A DNA stretch of 64,000 nucleotides from Euglena gracilis. Lineage: Eukaryota. The stretch lies in NCBI GenBank assembly GCA_039621445.1, contig CP154954.1, positions 12,704,716 to 12,768,715 on the forward strand, given 5' to 3'. Positions 25,414 to 37,704 of the stretch are shown here, in pieces. A program made the position numbers and the translations under genes. The notes beneath the pieces were generated by a model. That model ran no database searches. It was not told the DNA's origin and saw only the letters and a list, made by a program, of their open reading frames with translations. The number at the start of each line of letters is the position of its first letter. Within the stretch, counting starts at the first letter, position 1.

Positions 25414-25916
25414 TTGGAAATGTGTGTGGATCCGAAGCAGTGTTTTCTTGAGGACCCCAAAGGGGAGTCCAACTTCCAGAGGTGCATGCTGGCTGGACCC
25501 CACCCGCCCTTTTTCAGCCAGGTTGTTGGAACCAACTTTTGGCCCCCCCCCCCGCCAAATTATTTGGGTCCATTTTTCAGCGCCGTAAAGGAATTTTGCC
25601 TAAAAAGGGGGTCCGAAGTTTCTGGAACACTCTTTTTTGCCTCTCCCCCAACCAAGTTATTCAGCCGCTGCCAGGAGGAAGTGCCCCCCACCAGGTTATT
25701 TGGTGGGGGGGGGTTAATAAAAGCCCTAACACCCTCCCCCAAAGCACCCGCTTTTGACCATATTTGGACCAAATTTCACCGACTTGCATCCGAAAAAAAA
25801 AAACAGCCCAAGCCCGCCAGCACCCCGGGATCCCCTTCCCCCTGCAACCGTATCCCTCACTCTCCACTCATTTTTGAGGGCATTTTAATTTTATTCAGCA
25901 ATCGATTAATTACTTA

Positions 25917-26197
25917 CCCCCCCCCTCGTCGTACGACCACCCCTCATTTACGACCACCCCCCGGTCGCAGGTTGCAGGTCATGGGGGTGTTATGACCCCC
26001 CCTGGTCGCAGTTGCAGGAACCCGGTCGTACGACTAGGGGGGGGGTAATTATTTACCCGCCCCCCCCCTCCCCGTCGTATGACCACCCCTCATTTACGAC
26101 CACCCCCCGGTCGCAGGTTGCAGGTCATGGGGGTGTTATGACCCCCCCTGGTCGCAGTTGCAGGAACCCGGTCGTACGACAAGGGGGGGGGGGCGGG
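25917..26197. mobile_element. Two adjacent TA-flanked MITEs (25917-26045 and 26056-26197), Tc1/mariner-like
   Basis: Termini TA|CCCCC..GTCGTA(C/T)GAC ... GTCGTACGAC..GGGGG|TA; same family as 48253-48510. Confidence 0.8.
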
Positions 26198-29076
26198 TAC
26201 TTAATTAATTAATGATCGATTGATTGCTTAATTATTTTTTTTCGACGCTTCCCTCCTGAATTGGCCAGAGACGCCCAAAGGAGTGGGATTTTCTGCTTGT
26301 CTCCCCTGCTTCTCCGGAGAATCGCCACCGTGGGTCACGCGGTCACACGCCTCCCAGTCATGTCCGGTGCCTTGAGCACTGTGACGACCCCTGACTCGCC
26401 CCTGCACGCGTGCTGCCTTCTGCCTCGGTCGCCTCCACCCCCAGGGTGGGACGCGCCGCCGGTTGCTCAGGCATGGGAATGCCATTTTCTGGAAAAGGAA
26501 CTTGGAAGCTGAGAACCAGCCTTGGCAAGTCTCGTGGATTGAGTCTCCCCTTCTTAATTTTCACCTCACACTTTCTTCATGACAATCAACAGAGAGATTC
26601 AGGGTTCTTTGGTAATCATGGTGTATATTGTTCTTTTTTCCCCATTGGACCACAGAGCCCCCCACCAGGCTTATGGCTGGACAGTTTGTTGTGGTACATG
26701 TTCTTCAAACTCGCTTTTTTTTGTGTTGGTTGTTTTATTTTTGCAACGTTTTTTTGTGCATGCGTGTGTTGATTTTGAGAGTTTTGATTAGAAACGATTT
26801 CGATTCAACAGAATTTCCTGATTTGGGAACCAATTTTTTTTGCCAGAAATCGAAAATTTCAAATCTTTCTGTTCCCAATGATACAAACGTTCTGTTTCTT
26901 GATAATTTGATAACAGCACTTTATTTTAGGTGGCCCATACGTTCAGTCTGGAACCAATTTTCTATTCATGCATCTCGTTTCTAGGTTGTTTGTGTTTTTT
27001 TTTTCTGCGGTGGAGTGTATTGTGGATGGTAGATCATTTTGAATTTCTTATCCACAAATCTCGGCCCCAATCGACAGAAGTGCTTCTTTTGCATTTCCAA
27101 CTCAGGCGAAATATTTTTGATGTGAACTCAGTGAGTGGGGTCGGATTCCCCCTCGTGTCGCCCAGTCTCCCCCCTCGGGTTTCTAAGTGCCCCCCACGAC
27201 CACGGGGATCTGCGAAAACAGATTTGGCGAACATTTTTGTTGTGTTTGACTTTTTCCCAACAAAAATGGTGAAAATGGTGAAATCGTGGCTCGTTTTTGG
27301 CGTCCCATTCTCCGCCGGCGCCGCCGGCCCACCCTGGCGGTCTCTCCCTCCCGCCATTGTGCCTCTGCCACTTGGCCGGGATCTCCCCCCCTCCGGTCTG
27401 CACCGCCAGCGCTGACTGCCCCGCCAGCGCGCCGGGCCTTCCACACGCGCTCAGCCGCTGCGAGTCGCGCACTTCGAGACTCCCGGGTTGGGTCGCGCAC
27501 TCTCGGGTGGGAAAGGGACCTTTCCACCCCTGGACTGACCCCGTGTGGAAAGCCGTGCAAGACAACCGTTCACACGTGTCTCTCTTTTGCTCTTTTCCAG
27601 GTGTAGTTATTATTATTTTTAATATATATTTCATGCATTTTTTTCTGAAAATTTACGGCATCTTTAAGGCATTTTTTAAAGATATTTTAAGGCATGTTGA
27701 GGCTGTTGAAGACTCCATTTCCCAGCACAGACCTACCTACCCCACCCACAGCGGTGTCCGAATTGGAAAGGCATCTGGCATGGCTGTCAATTGGGCAATG
27801 GTTGGTCCGTTGGCGCCACCCAACCTTTGACATCCAACCCGCAGTTTTCTGTTTTGTATGGGGTGGAGGTTTTACACTACCACTCAACCACCCCCAGGTT
27901 GGGGGGGGGGCATGGAAGGTCAAATTTTTGGGACAAAATTTTCTTCGAATCCAAAATAGGCGAACCTTTGCCCTCTGGAAGGGACTCCGCTCAGCCCAAC
28001 GTCGTCAGGTGGGGCAACCCCCCCTCTCCCCCTCACAGGTCGCCATCTAAAATATTTCTGAATCTAAACTTCTAATAATAATATCCAAAAATGAAATAAA
28101 ATAGTGAATGAGTGATATGAGCAGGACCCACACCAGATGAGGGCTGGGCCGTCGACCACCGGAAGCAAGTCCCGGGGAGGGGGTACCCGGGGAGAGGTAC
28201 CTTTTTATCAGGGTGATTAAATTAGTGATGTGTTTGTGTCTGAACCCCGGGGGAGGCGCTTCAAAACATGCATCAAACCTACCCCCCCCATGTATATGGA
28301 CCTGGTCAAGTTTCGCCCAACAACAGAGGAGGGATTCCATTTTCTAGAATTTCTCCATCCTTGGGCTCCCATGCCACCACATGAAAAATTGGCATTTGGT
28401 GTTCGCATTTGCCAGAAATACCCCCCAAAAACTGTTTATTATGCAATTGTGGTGTGGGCAATTCGGAAGTTTGCCCCTTGGTCTGTTTTGGCCAACACGA
28501 ACACATCCGGGGAGCACTTGACCCCATCCCAAACTTTGATGGCATTTGCAACGTTCCATCCCCCACTCCCACCTTTTCCCAGACACGCCATCCAAACAAA
28601 ATGCTCTCCTCTCTGTCGCTGCCCTGCGGTGCCGATGTGCGGGTTGAGTGGACGGGCCCCAGAGCAGCTCGGACGGCGTGCAGGCGATTGCTGTGCTTAG
28701 CCGAAGGTTGTGGTGGTTTCAACCTTCCTGGGATGGGTTGCATTGGATTGCATGCAATTTGGAAATATAAGACAAAATGATATGCAGGCTCGGCGACTTT
28801 GTTTTTGCATGGGTCTGCCGCACGCCGTCATCAAGTGCTTCCACCGGAGAGTGATTTCCAGAAATAAATACAGATACTCGGGCCAACAATCGGCAATTTT
28901 TCTTTCAGTTTCTTGTCTTTTTTTCCCCCTGAAGTTCCTGAAGTTTAATTGTTGTGGTTGGGGTTTAGCTGTTTGGAGGGACTATTGGCCGAGTCGGCCC
29001 CACCAGGGCAGACCAGGGCCGACCTTTCTAATCCCCGTAGGTGGGGTTACGACCAGGGCCGGCCGGGGGGAATGCT

Positions 29077-29488
29077 GCCACACCACGTGCACCACGTGCG
29101 TCACCGCGTGCACCGCGTGGCGCAGCGTGTGCACCGTGTGGGAAGGTTCACTCATTTCCAACATTATTCGATTTTTTCTTTCATTTTGGCCACCTTTGAC
29201 GCTTTTAACCTCGTTGTTCCATCTTCGCCTACTTGTTGCCAATTTTTGGCTCCCCCCCCCCTTTTTGGCGTTGTTTCCCATTTGAACTTTTTTTGAGGCT
29301 ATTGTCTATCATTTTTGGCCGCTGTTTTGCAATTTTAGCAATATTTCAATTTTGAACCTTTTTTTAGCCAATTCTTTTTGCTTGTTGTGGTGGTTGCAAA
29401 AATTGTTACACAGAGTGCCGCACATGGTGCACTTGCGGCATCATGCGGTGCACGCGGTGCTGCGAAGTATGTGAAGCACGTGTTGTGG
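29077..29488. repeat. Imperfect ~65-bp inverted repeat (29077-29141 / 29417-29488) around a T-rich spacer
   Basis: ccacaccacgtgc..caccgcgtgcaccgc..gtgcaccgtgtgg aligns with the reverse complement of the right arm. Confidence 0.7.
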
Positions 29489-30048
29489 AAGCGTCCACAC
29501 GCCAAATATGAAATTTGTCGGCCGAGTCATAGGAAGTTCTGCAGCCTTTCTCCCCTGTTTGCTTTGGTTGTTCATTGATTGGAATGGCACACTTTGCATG
29601 TGATTTGTAAACCATCAAAACAGTGCTGGTTGAAGCCATTTCTTGGTGGCAATAGAGTGGTAAAAGTGTGAAAACACAAAATGGCAAAATGGCAAAACAG
29701 CAAAACGGGCTAAAACTGGCCCTCTGGTGATAAATTGGCTGCTGAAGAGAAGAAAGCTTTCGAAGGCAATGTACCTTCTTAATTGAATTAAGATGGATCT
29801 TCTTTCCTTCAAATATTTTTTTCCAGAAATTCTATGCGTGAAAACTGCAGTTGATTTTGCCGTTTATTGAAGCTGGAAAAACACTGCTGGCTGGACCAGG
29901 TTTTGAACAGTGCTGAGATTTTAATGGGATTTGCGTACAATGGAAGGCTGAAAAGACTAGCATTGCAAATTGCAAAAGCTCAGCGACCCCCCCCCACCCC
30001 CCAAACCTCCTTTTTTTAATTTTTTCGTCTTTTTGGTTCAACCAAAAG

Positions 30049-30409
30049 TGGATGTTTCCAAAATATGTCGAAAATGAAGCAAAATGAAAGGAAAACTGGG
30101 GGCCAGTGTCGAAAAACGCTCATTTTGATTTGCTCCCGCAACTCCCTCTTTTTTGGGCCCAGGATGCCAAAAAGCATCGTTTTCAGGCAAGTTCTTTGGC
30201 CATTTTGTACAGTTTTTGGCCAAAATGGCCGAAAACAGCGAAGTCAAAACAGGCCAAAACTGTACAAAATGGCCAAAAATTGCCTGAAAAAGGCCGTAAG
30301 GCTGGGCGGGGAGTTGCAGAGCAAATCAAAATACTGTTAGGTTTGACACTTTAAGGGCTTCAATTTCCTTTCATTTTGCTTCATTTTCGACATATTTTGG
30401 AAACATCCA
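30049..30409. repeat. Perfect 46-bp inverted repeat (30049-30094 / 30364-30409)
   Basis: tggatgtttccaaaatatgtcgaaaatgaagcaaaatgaaaggaaa and its exact reverse complement. Confidence 0.93.
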
Positions 30410-33094
30410 TTTTTTTGAACCTCAAAGCCGCCCAAAATGGCCCCAAAATTGGGCCAAAACACCCCAAAACGGCCGTTTTGGGCCTCAAAAGCACGTCGGA
30501 ACACGGGCCAGGCGTGTCCGCAGCCAAAACGGCGAATGGTGGGCGATAGAGGGCTCCGGGGGCACGTTTCGTCAGCTAATAGCTCCATGGTGGGATTACA
30601 CATTTGGTGTTCATGCCATGGTTTGGCAAATAGTTGGCCGCAGTGTTGAGGAGGGTATGTCAATACAAAATAATCATGACTCAGAACCACAAATGACATT
30701 TGTGGCAATGTCATGCATTTTTTGCCCATCTGGGCTTTGGGAGTTTTTGTCACAGAACTTGCCAGACCTTTTACTCTTTTATTTTACACAATATTTTGAA
30801 TATTCGATAAATTCGATTATTTGACTTTGATGTCTTCAGCCACATTGTAAACCCCATTCCAGGGAATTTCTTAAACCGGACCCCTCCCTACCCTTCCGGG
30901 GGGGGGGGGTCCAGCGAGCCAGCCCCATTTTTCCAGCCAACACCTGCCTGTCAGATGGGAGACCCCCCCCCTCCCCCGGGGAGGTGCATCCCGTGCCATG
31001 CATCTCCAACACAGAGAAGTGGGAAGAGGGCAGGAGACAAGAGCAGCACTGGGGTGCAAAGGTGTAGACCCACCCACGGGAATCACACCAACCACACAAG
31101 GAGAGTATGTCCCCACAGCGTTGGAATTACACCAGAATTACTCACCCAGCCAGGGGGAGCAACAATAGAACACTGGTGTAAGGGGTTCCTGGCCACTCAC
31201 CTCAACTGGGCCAGAAGCAAAGTTAGCGCTGGCCATAAACAGACAAGAAGCCTTAATGCAACTAAAGGGGGGGGTGCAATATGATCTTTGAGGGCCAGTG
31301 AAACCGGCCTGGACCGAAAAAAAGCAAAAAGGGGTGCAAAATGGACAAAAAAAATGGCCATTTTTCCATTTTTGGTCGATTTTTGGGTTCTCAACTCAAT
31401 TATTTGGCGGGAAAAGGAACCAAGACAAGTGGATTTAGGCTGTTTTTGCTGGGTGCCAGCCGGGTCCAGCCCTGGAGATTAGGAGCCAACCCCCCCTGGA
31501 CCCCTCTGGGGGAGGGGTTGCTGAGCTCTTATCCCTTCATGGGTACGAGCGAAGCTTACCCCCGGAGAAAAGGGGGGGTTCGAACCCCCTCCAGGTTGGC
31601 TACAGGAGCTACAGGAACAGGGGCTACAGGAGAACCGGCGGATTATCTCCATGATCCCGGCTCCGTTCCCTTTTTTAATTCAGTTGCGAGCGACTGGATT
31701 TTTTATTTCCGAATCACCTCCGTTTGACCCCAAATCCCCCGCCAGGCTTGCGTCATTCAGCCGCGAAGGGGTCCAAAATGGGTAGGATTGGTTCGCCCCC
31801 CCCCCTCCCTCTTCCGACTCTGTCATTTTGTTGGGGCCCAAAAATCGGACCAAGAATCGATTTTTCAAAAATATCTTGAGGAAACGTAAATTTACATTAT
31901 TTCCGGAAATGCCCAAATGATGGGCATCATGGGTCATGATGGCCATCATGGGTCATGATGGGCAGGGGAGTCGAAAAACGCTCATTTTCGGCTCGAAAAC
32001 ACTTCTTCCGGGTGGGTTTTGAGCAAAAAAATTTTTTCCAATTTTTTCGACTTTTTTGGCCAAAAACGGCTAAGTCCACCAGTGGAAAAAAGTGTACAAA
32101 ATGGCCAAAATCGGCCGAAAAACGGCCGTAGTACCTCGGGCTACGCGACCAGTTGCGGCAAAATACCGGTAGATGGGGCGTTCCAAGGGCTTCAAATTAG
32201 GTCTCCGGACATTTCCTTTGATTTGGCTTCATTTGGGTCTACCGCAAAAGTGGAATCCTAACCTTTTGGTTACCTCCGAGGAGGCTCCGCGGAGGCTCCT
32301 CGGAGCCTAAGGTAACCAGCCTCCGCGGAGGCTCCGCGGAGCCTCCTCAGAGGCTAAGGTAACCAGTTTTGCCAGGGCATGTTGTGAACATGGTAGTAAC
32401 GGGAATTTGTTTTTTTGTTTTATAAAGAGAAACGTTATTCAATGTCAAACATGGCGACTGCACTCAGTGGCAGATCATGCTATTACAAACCTGTCAGAGC
32501 CTGTCCATTTTCTGCCCATTTGCATAGAGGATGCAAAAAAAATTCACGTTCTGACAGGTTCGGAAGCTGCCACTGGGCGTCAGTTGTATGTTCCCAGCGG
32601 GATGACAATTTTACATACAATTCTGGCCTCTGGATAATTTTGGTGCAATTCTGGCTGAATAAATCCATTTTCGGTTTCATTTTAAACTGTATGTTATCAC
32701 TCAAAGTCCCTGTCCGTTTGCTGCCCATTTGCACAGAGGGGAAAATAATTCACGGACTAACTCACGGACTAATTCACAGACTCACAGGTGTAACAAAAAA
32801 TTAACAGATTTCGGGAGGCAACATAGAGCATAAGCGAAATGGAAAATGAATTTATTCAGCCAGGATTTTACCTGAATTATCCAGACGCCAGAGTTGTGCC
32901 TGAGATTGTGATCCCATTGGGATTTGCTGCTACTTTTAATCCTGAATTGAACTAAAGAATCTTCAACCAGGTGAACGAACAGTCACGTGGGGGGGAGGTG
33001 GTAGACAAACTGCACATCAGCATGGATGTGATGTTGCAAATAAAGGCCAGGTGAAACCCAAAGTGGTGTCCATTTGGCTGTGCCCGGGGGGGGC

Positions 33095-33125
33095 GGCCCC
33101 CTCCCCCCCCGCCCCCCTCCCCCCG

Positions 33126-33161
<36 letters not shown>

Positions 33162-33226
33162 CCCCCGGACCCCCCCCACCCCCCTTCCCCCCTCCCCACT
33201 ACCCCCCACCCCCCTCCCCCCTCCCC
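33095..33226. repeat. Poly-C-rich tract
   Basis: Read directly. Confidence 0.9.
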
Positions 33227-33252
33227 AATAACAACATCCCTTTGTGTACACA

Positions 33253-33995
33253 AAGTTTGGGGGACATGGCGTAAATAGCAAACGGGTAAACGGTAAAAGC
33301 AAATAAGGCGGACATGGCGTTTTTGTTGCAAATGGATTTTTGGTTTCAACAAGTTTGGCGGACATGGCGAAAACAGCAAATGGGTAAACGGTAAAAGCAA
33401 AATCAGGCGGACATGGCGTTTTTGTGGCCAATGGATGAATGGTTTTCAACAAGATTGGCAGACATGGCATTATACAGCGAACGGGTAAACGCTAAATGCA
33501 AAATAAGGAGGCAAATGGATAAATAGTTTTCAACAAGTTTGGCGCAGGGCGGTCCTTAAGGAAATAAAAAAAAACAATATTCTGCCGTCCCACACTCAAT
33601 AAAAAATAAAGGAAAATGGGCAAAGAAATTTGGAATTCTTCGGCGACAACAGGTCGATATCAGGGGGAAAAACTGATTATTGGCATCCTGTGACCATCGA
33701 CCAATCCACCCAGATCATCCAAAAGTGTGTTTTTTTTGGACTTTTTAATTTTGGACCCCGTTCAAGTCCTGCCCTTGGTCGGCCCTTTGGCCGAAAGGGG
33801 GGCGGTGCTTAAGAAAATTAAAAAAAAACTTTCCTGTCCCTTAAAGACTGCCCTGGTTTGGCGGACATGGCGTAAATGGCAAACGGTTAAATTGTAAAAA
33901 TAAAAATTAGGAGGACATGGTGTTTTTGTTGCAAATAGATTTTTGGTTTTCAACAAGTTTGACATGGTGTATACAGTAAACGGGTAAACGGTAAA
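33253..33995. repeat. ~100-bp minisatellite (about 4.5 units) interrupted by a MITE
   Basis: aagtttggcggacatggcg-like unit starts at 33253, 33351, 33451, 33535 and 33955. Confidence 0.85.
33545..33855. mobile_element. hAT-like MITE (311 bp), same family as 318-630
   Basis: TIR CAGGGCGGTCCTTAAGG / CAGGGCAGTCTTTAAGG; TSD GTTTGGCG at 33537-33544 and 33856-33863; neighbouring minisatellite units provide empty sites. Confidence 0.93.
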
Positions 33996-36900
33996 GCGGT
34001 GCGATACCAGACATGGCCTGTGTACAACAGTGGTTACCTCCGAGGAGCCTCCGCGGAGGCTCCTCGGAGGTTCTAAGGTAACCAGCCTCCGCGGAGGCTC
34101 AAGGTAACCAGGCTCCGCGGAGCCTCCTCGGAGCCTCCTCGGAGGCTAAGGTAACCAGGTTCCGCGGAGGCTCCTCGGAGGCTAGGTAACCAAAACTTAG
34201 GATTCCACATTTGCTGGGACCCGCTTCATTTTAGAGAATTTGACATTTTGAAAATTGACGTTTTTTTTGCCTGAAATGGCAGAGTCCAACGGGGGGGGGG
34301 GGCTTAAAAAGGGGGGTGGGCCGATTCTACCCAGTTTGGACCCCTTCTCGCGTGAACTCGGGCCTGGTGGGGAGTTGGGGGTCAAACCCAGGTGATTCGA
34401 AAACTATGAATCCAGTCGCTCGCAACCGAAAAAAAATTTTTCCGGGAACGGGGCCGGGATCATGGTATAATCCGCCGGTTCCCGAGGTGGCCCCGAGGGG
34501 GGGAGGCGGCGTTGTGCTAGGGCACTTTTGGCCCTGTGCCCTATCCCCCCCCGGGGGGGGGTTCGGGGGGGTTTTCCCCCACGGGTAAGCTTCGCTCTTA
34601 CCCATAAAGGGATAAGGGCTCAGCGACCCCCCCCCCTGGAAGGTGGGATCCAGACCGGTGAGTCCTAATCTGCTTCCGGGCTAAACCCGGCTGGCAACTG
34701 AAAGCAGGCAAAACAGACATCCACCCGTGTTGGTTTTTTTTCCCCAGCCAAATTACTGATGTGAAGACCCAAAAATCGACCAAAAATGGGGGGGAAATGG
34801 CCATTTTTGGCCATTTTGGACCCTTTTTTCATCAATTTTTTTTCTGGCCTAGGCCGCTTTGGCTGGCCTGTGAAGATTTTATTACCACTCACCCCCGGGC
34901 GGCGGGGGTTTCCACCATCTGACAGGTGTTGGCTGGAAAAACGGTGCTGCCTCGAGTTTTTGTCACAGAATATGCCGTCCTTTTTATTCTTTTTTGTACA
35001 TGTGTACAGCAAAACATTGAATTTTCAACCTATGTCATGTTTTGACGTCTTCAAGCACATTGTAAACCTGTGCCCCCATTCCATTCCAGGGAATCCCCAT
35101 TCCAAGGAAATTCCTAAACCGACCGCGGCACACCTTTCCCGGGGGTCCAGCCCAGTGCCAGGATGGCCGAAAAATGTGTGAGAATGTCACAAGCATCATT
35201 GTGCTTTTTTGAAACATGGTTTTTTTTTGTATTGGCATAGCCTCCTCAACCTCCGGCCAAATTATTTGCCGGCTAGGGCTGACCAGTGGCGAGAAAAGCA
35301 AATTCGGAATGAACCATGCAGCTATTAGGTGGCATGTAAGGAACCGCATTTGCACAGTGGCCTGGGATTGCTGAAGCTCTTGCAATCCCATCACCGCCAA
35401 TTGGCCGTCCGAGTTGGCAGGGCTTTTGCAGATGCCCAAGGTGCAGTTATTGCCATTTGAAAGCCTCCAAGCCAAAAACACGCTTTTTGGGTTTTATACC
35501 AGTTTTATAACATAATATATTTTTAATATAATTAATATAATATTTTATTATATGTTCTTTTTTTTTATTCTGGTTTGTGTTCAATAACATAACTCCTCTC
35601 TCCCTCCCAGGCTCTGATGATTCTAGGTTTCAATCCATCTGGAATCTAATTTTCCCCTGACCTTTTGGATCTTTTATGCCATACAGGGCTCAAAGGTACC
35701 AACTCCCTCCTCCTTTGGTTCGATGGAACCCAATTTGTGTATTTGAGTACTTTTCACTTTTTGATCCATTGACCCTTGTGTGGCGACAAAATTTTGAGTG
35801 TCTTCCCATTTGCTTGGGTGGTGCATGATACGTATCGTGTTGTTCTGTTTTTTTTCTGTCTGTTTTTGCCTCATTTCACCAGGCCAAAATGCAGTCCAAC
35901 AAAGTGCGAACCGTTCCATGAGTCATCCCCAAGTCAAACCATAGCCGCTGTATCTTCCAAAACGGCAATGGCTCTTCAAGGACGAAAGGACATCCCCACC
36001 GACATCTCCGTTCATGTCTGTTAGCCCCGGGCTCCACTCCCTGGCTGACATGTCCCGCTGCAGGGTTCTCCTGTTATGTAAACGAGTGGTTATGAGGATC
36101 TCCCTTTCTCTCTCTCCGTTTCTCGTTGTGTGTGTGTGTGTTTATGTGTTTGTGATGGAGTGTATGTGTGTGTGTGTGCCTGCATATTGACAAGTATGAA
36201 TAATAATTTAGGTGTCCGAGTCAGGGGGGCATTTTATTAATTTGTTCATAATCAAAATTATCAGTTCAAGAGTAATGCATTTAATTTCAGGATTTGCAAG
36301 TTTTTTTGTATTTTTTTTTGTCGTCAATTCTCAGATTTGTTGTTCCAGTCATTTTTTTGCAAAATATGTTTGTTGTCTTATATGTCTTATTTTGTTTTTT
36401 TGGAAGAAAATTGATGATTTCCCGTTTTTTTTCCCTTTTGGTTTCCCTGTCAATGGAGTGTGTTTCTTAGGCTTATTGAAGGATAGAATTCGCGTTGCAA
36501 TTTTCTTGTGTATAATTCTGGACAGTAACATTTTGTGAAATTCAACATCTGAAATGCACAGGATTTTTTTTCTCGCAAGGGCCAGGTCATCAGGGTTCCC
36601 CCCTTTTACATTCTTCCCTCCTAAATTCACCTGCTAGGGTGAGTTCTTGCTGACAATATCGAACAATAAAACCCAGAACAACAAAAAAGGTGTATGTCAG
36701 AAGCAGGCTGCTATTCCAGTATGCCCCTGGCCTCACCTTGCACATCCCACTCCCTCCAGCCCCGCAAGCTCAGATAGCAGTGTGGGGACCCACGGTCCAT
36801 TCGGCAGGAGCCCTCCGCTCACCCCAGCGGTGACCGCGCCTCCCATTCCTCCACAGTGGTTGTGCGGCTCCATCGATTGCCACCGACCTCGCCTTATCAT

Positions 36901-37286
36901 GAAAACCACACAACTGCCAATACTGGAATTGTTGTTCATCTGAAGAGGGGGAAGGGATTCTGGATTTAGAAATAGAAAGGATTGAAAATAACCGTTCATC
37001 TTTTGCGCTTCCGAGAGGATACCGTAATGTGCTTAGTAGAAAATCAAATTTTTTTCTCAAATAATAATTGTGACAACAATTGATTAATTACAATCCTCCC
37101 AGTCAGATCTTAGGCTTTGTTACGACAGTGCAAATGTGTGTGCCAAACTGCCGAATTGTATGCCACGACACAGATAGCCCCCCTTCTTGAGGAGCCCCAT
37201 TTCACAGCAGAACCCTCTGTCGAGGGCTGCCCCACTGAATCACAAGACAATCAGGTTTGCTTCTGCGGCTGAATCGTATTGGCAAC

Positions 37287-37419
<133 letters not shown>

Positions 37420-37422
37420 GAA

Positions 37423-37704
37423 CAGGCTTAGTTGGGTGCCTACCCCACGGGGGGGGGTGCTAGGGGCAGGCACCCCATAGCACCACATCCGACCCCGGGT
37501 AGGGTTTTGGGGGGTGCCTGCCCATAGCAGGCACCCTCTGACCCCGGCGCAAAAGGTGCCGGGGCCCCGGAAAAGGCCATTTTCAATGAAAATTTTCTGG
37601 GTCCCCCCACGGACCACCCCCCAGTGGGGGTGTGCCTGGTAGGGGCCGGCACCCTGTAGCACCAACCCACCCCCCTCCCCCCCCGGTCGGTAAGCACAAG
37701 TATG
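37423..37704. mobile_element. MITE (282 bp) with CAG...ATG imperfect termini
   Basis: TSD CTTCTGAA at 37415-37422 and 37705-37712; ends CAGGCTT..GTGCCTACC versus reverse complement CATACTT-GTGCTTACC. Confidence 0.75.

Larger units (their letters stand above)
4135..27448. repeat. Large degenerate block, copy A
   Basis: Collinear alignable segments with 37860-57666 and 58815-63520 (e.g. 4135-4980~37860-38690; 7050-7500~44170-44560~59590-59955; 8290-8520~45235-45480~61080-61265; 11910-12270~47495-47850~62045-62345; 24300-27448~55290-57666). Confidence 0.88.
30925..34942. repeat. Long diverged inverted repeat (arms ~30925-32368 and ~34033-34942), foldback-like
   Basis: Collinear reverse-complement matches along the arms, ending in palindromic GGTTACC/CTCCGCGGAG arrays at 32269-32367 and 34033-34194. 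Confidence 0.8.

Noticed and set aside
25183-25995. 270-aa ORF and similar poly-G/P ORFs (42054-42725, 17285-18010)
   Set aside because: Mostly composed of G/C-run MITE sequence
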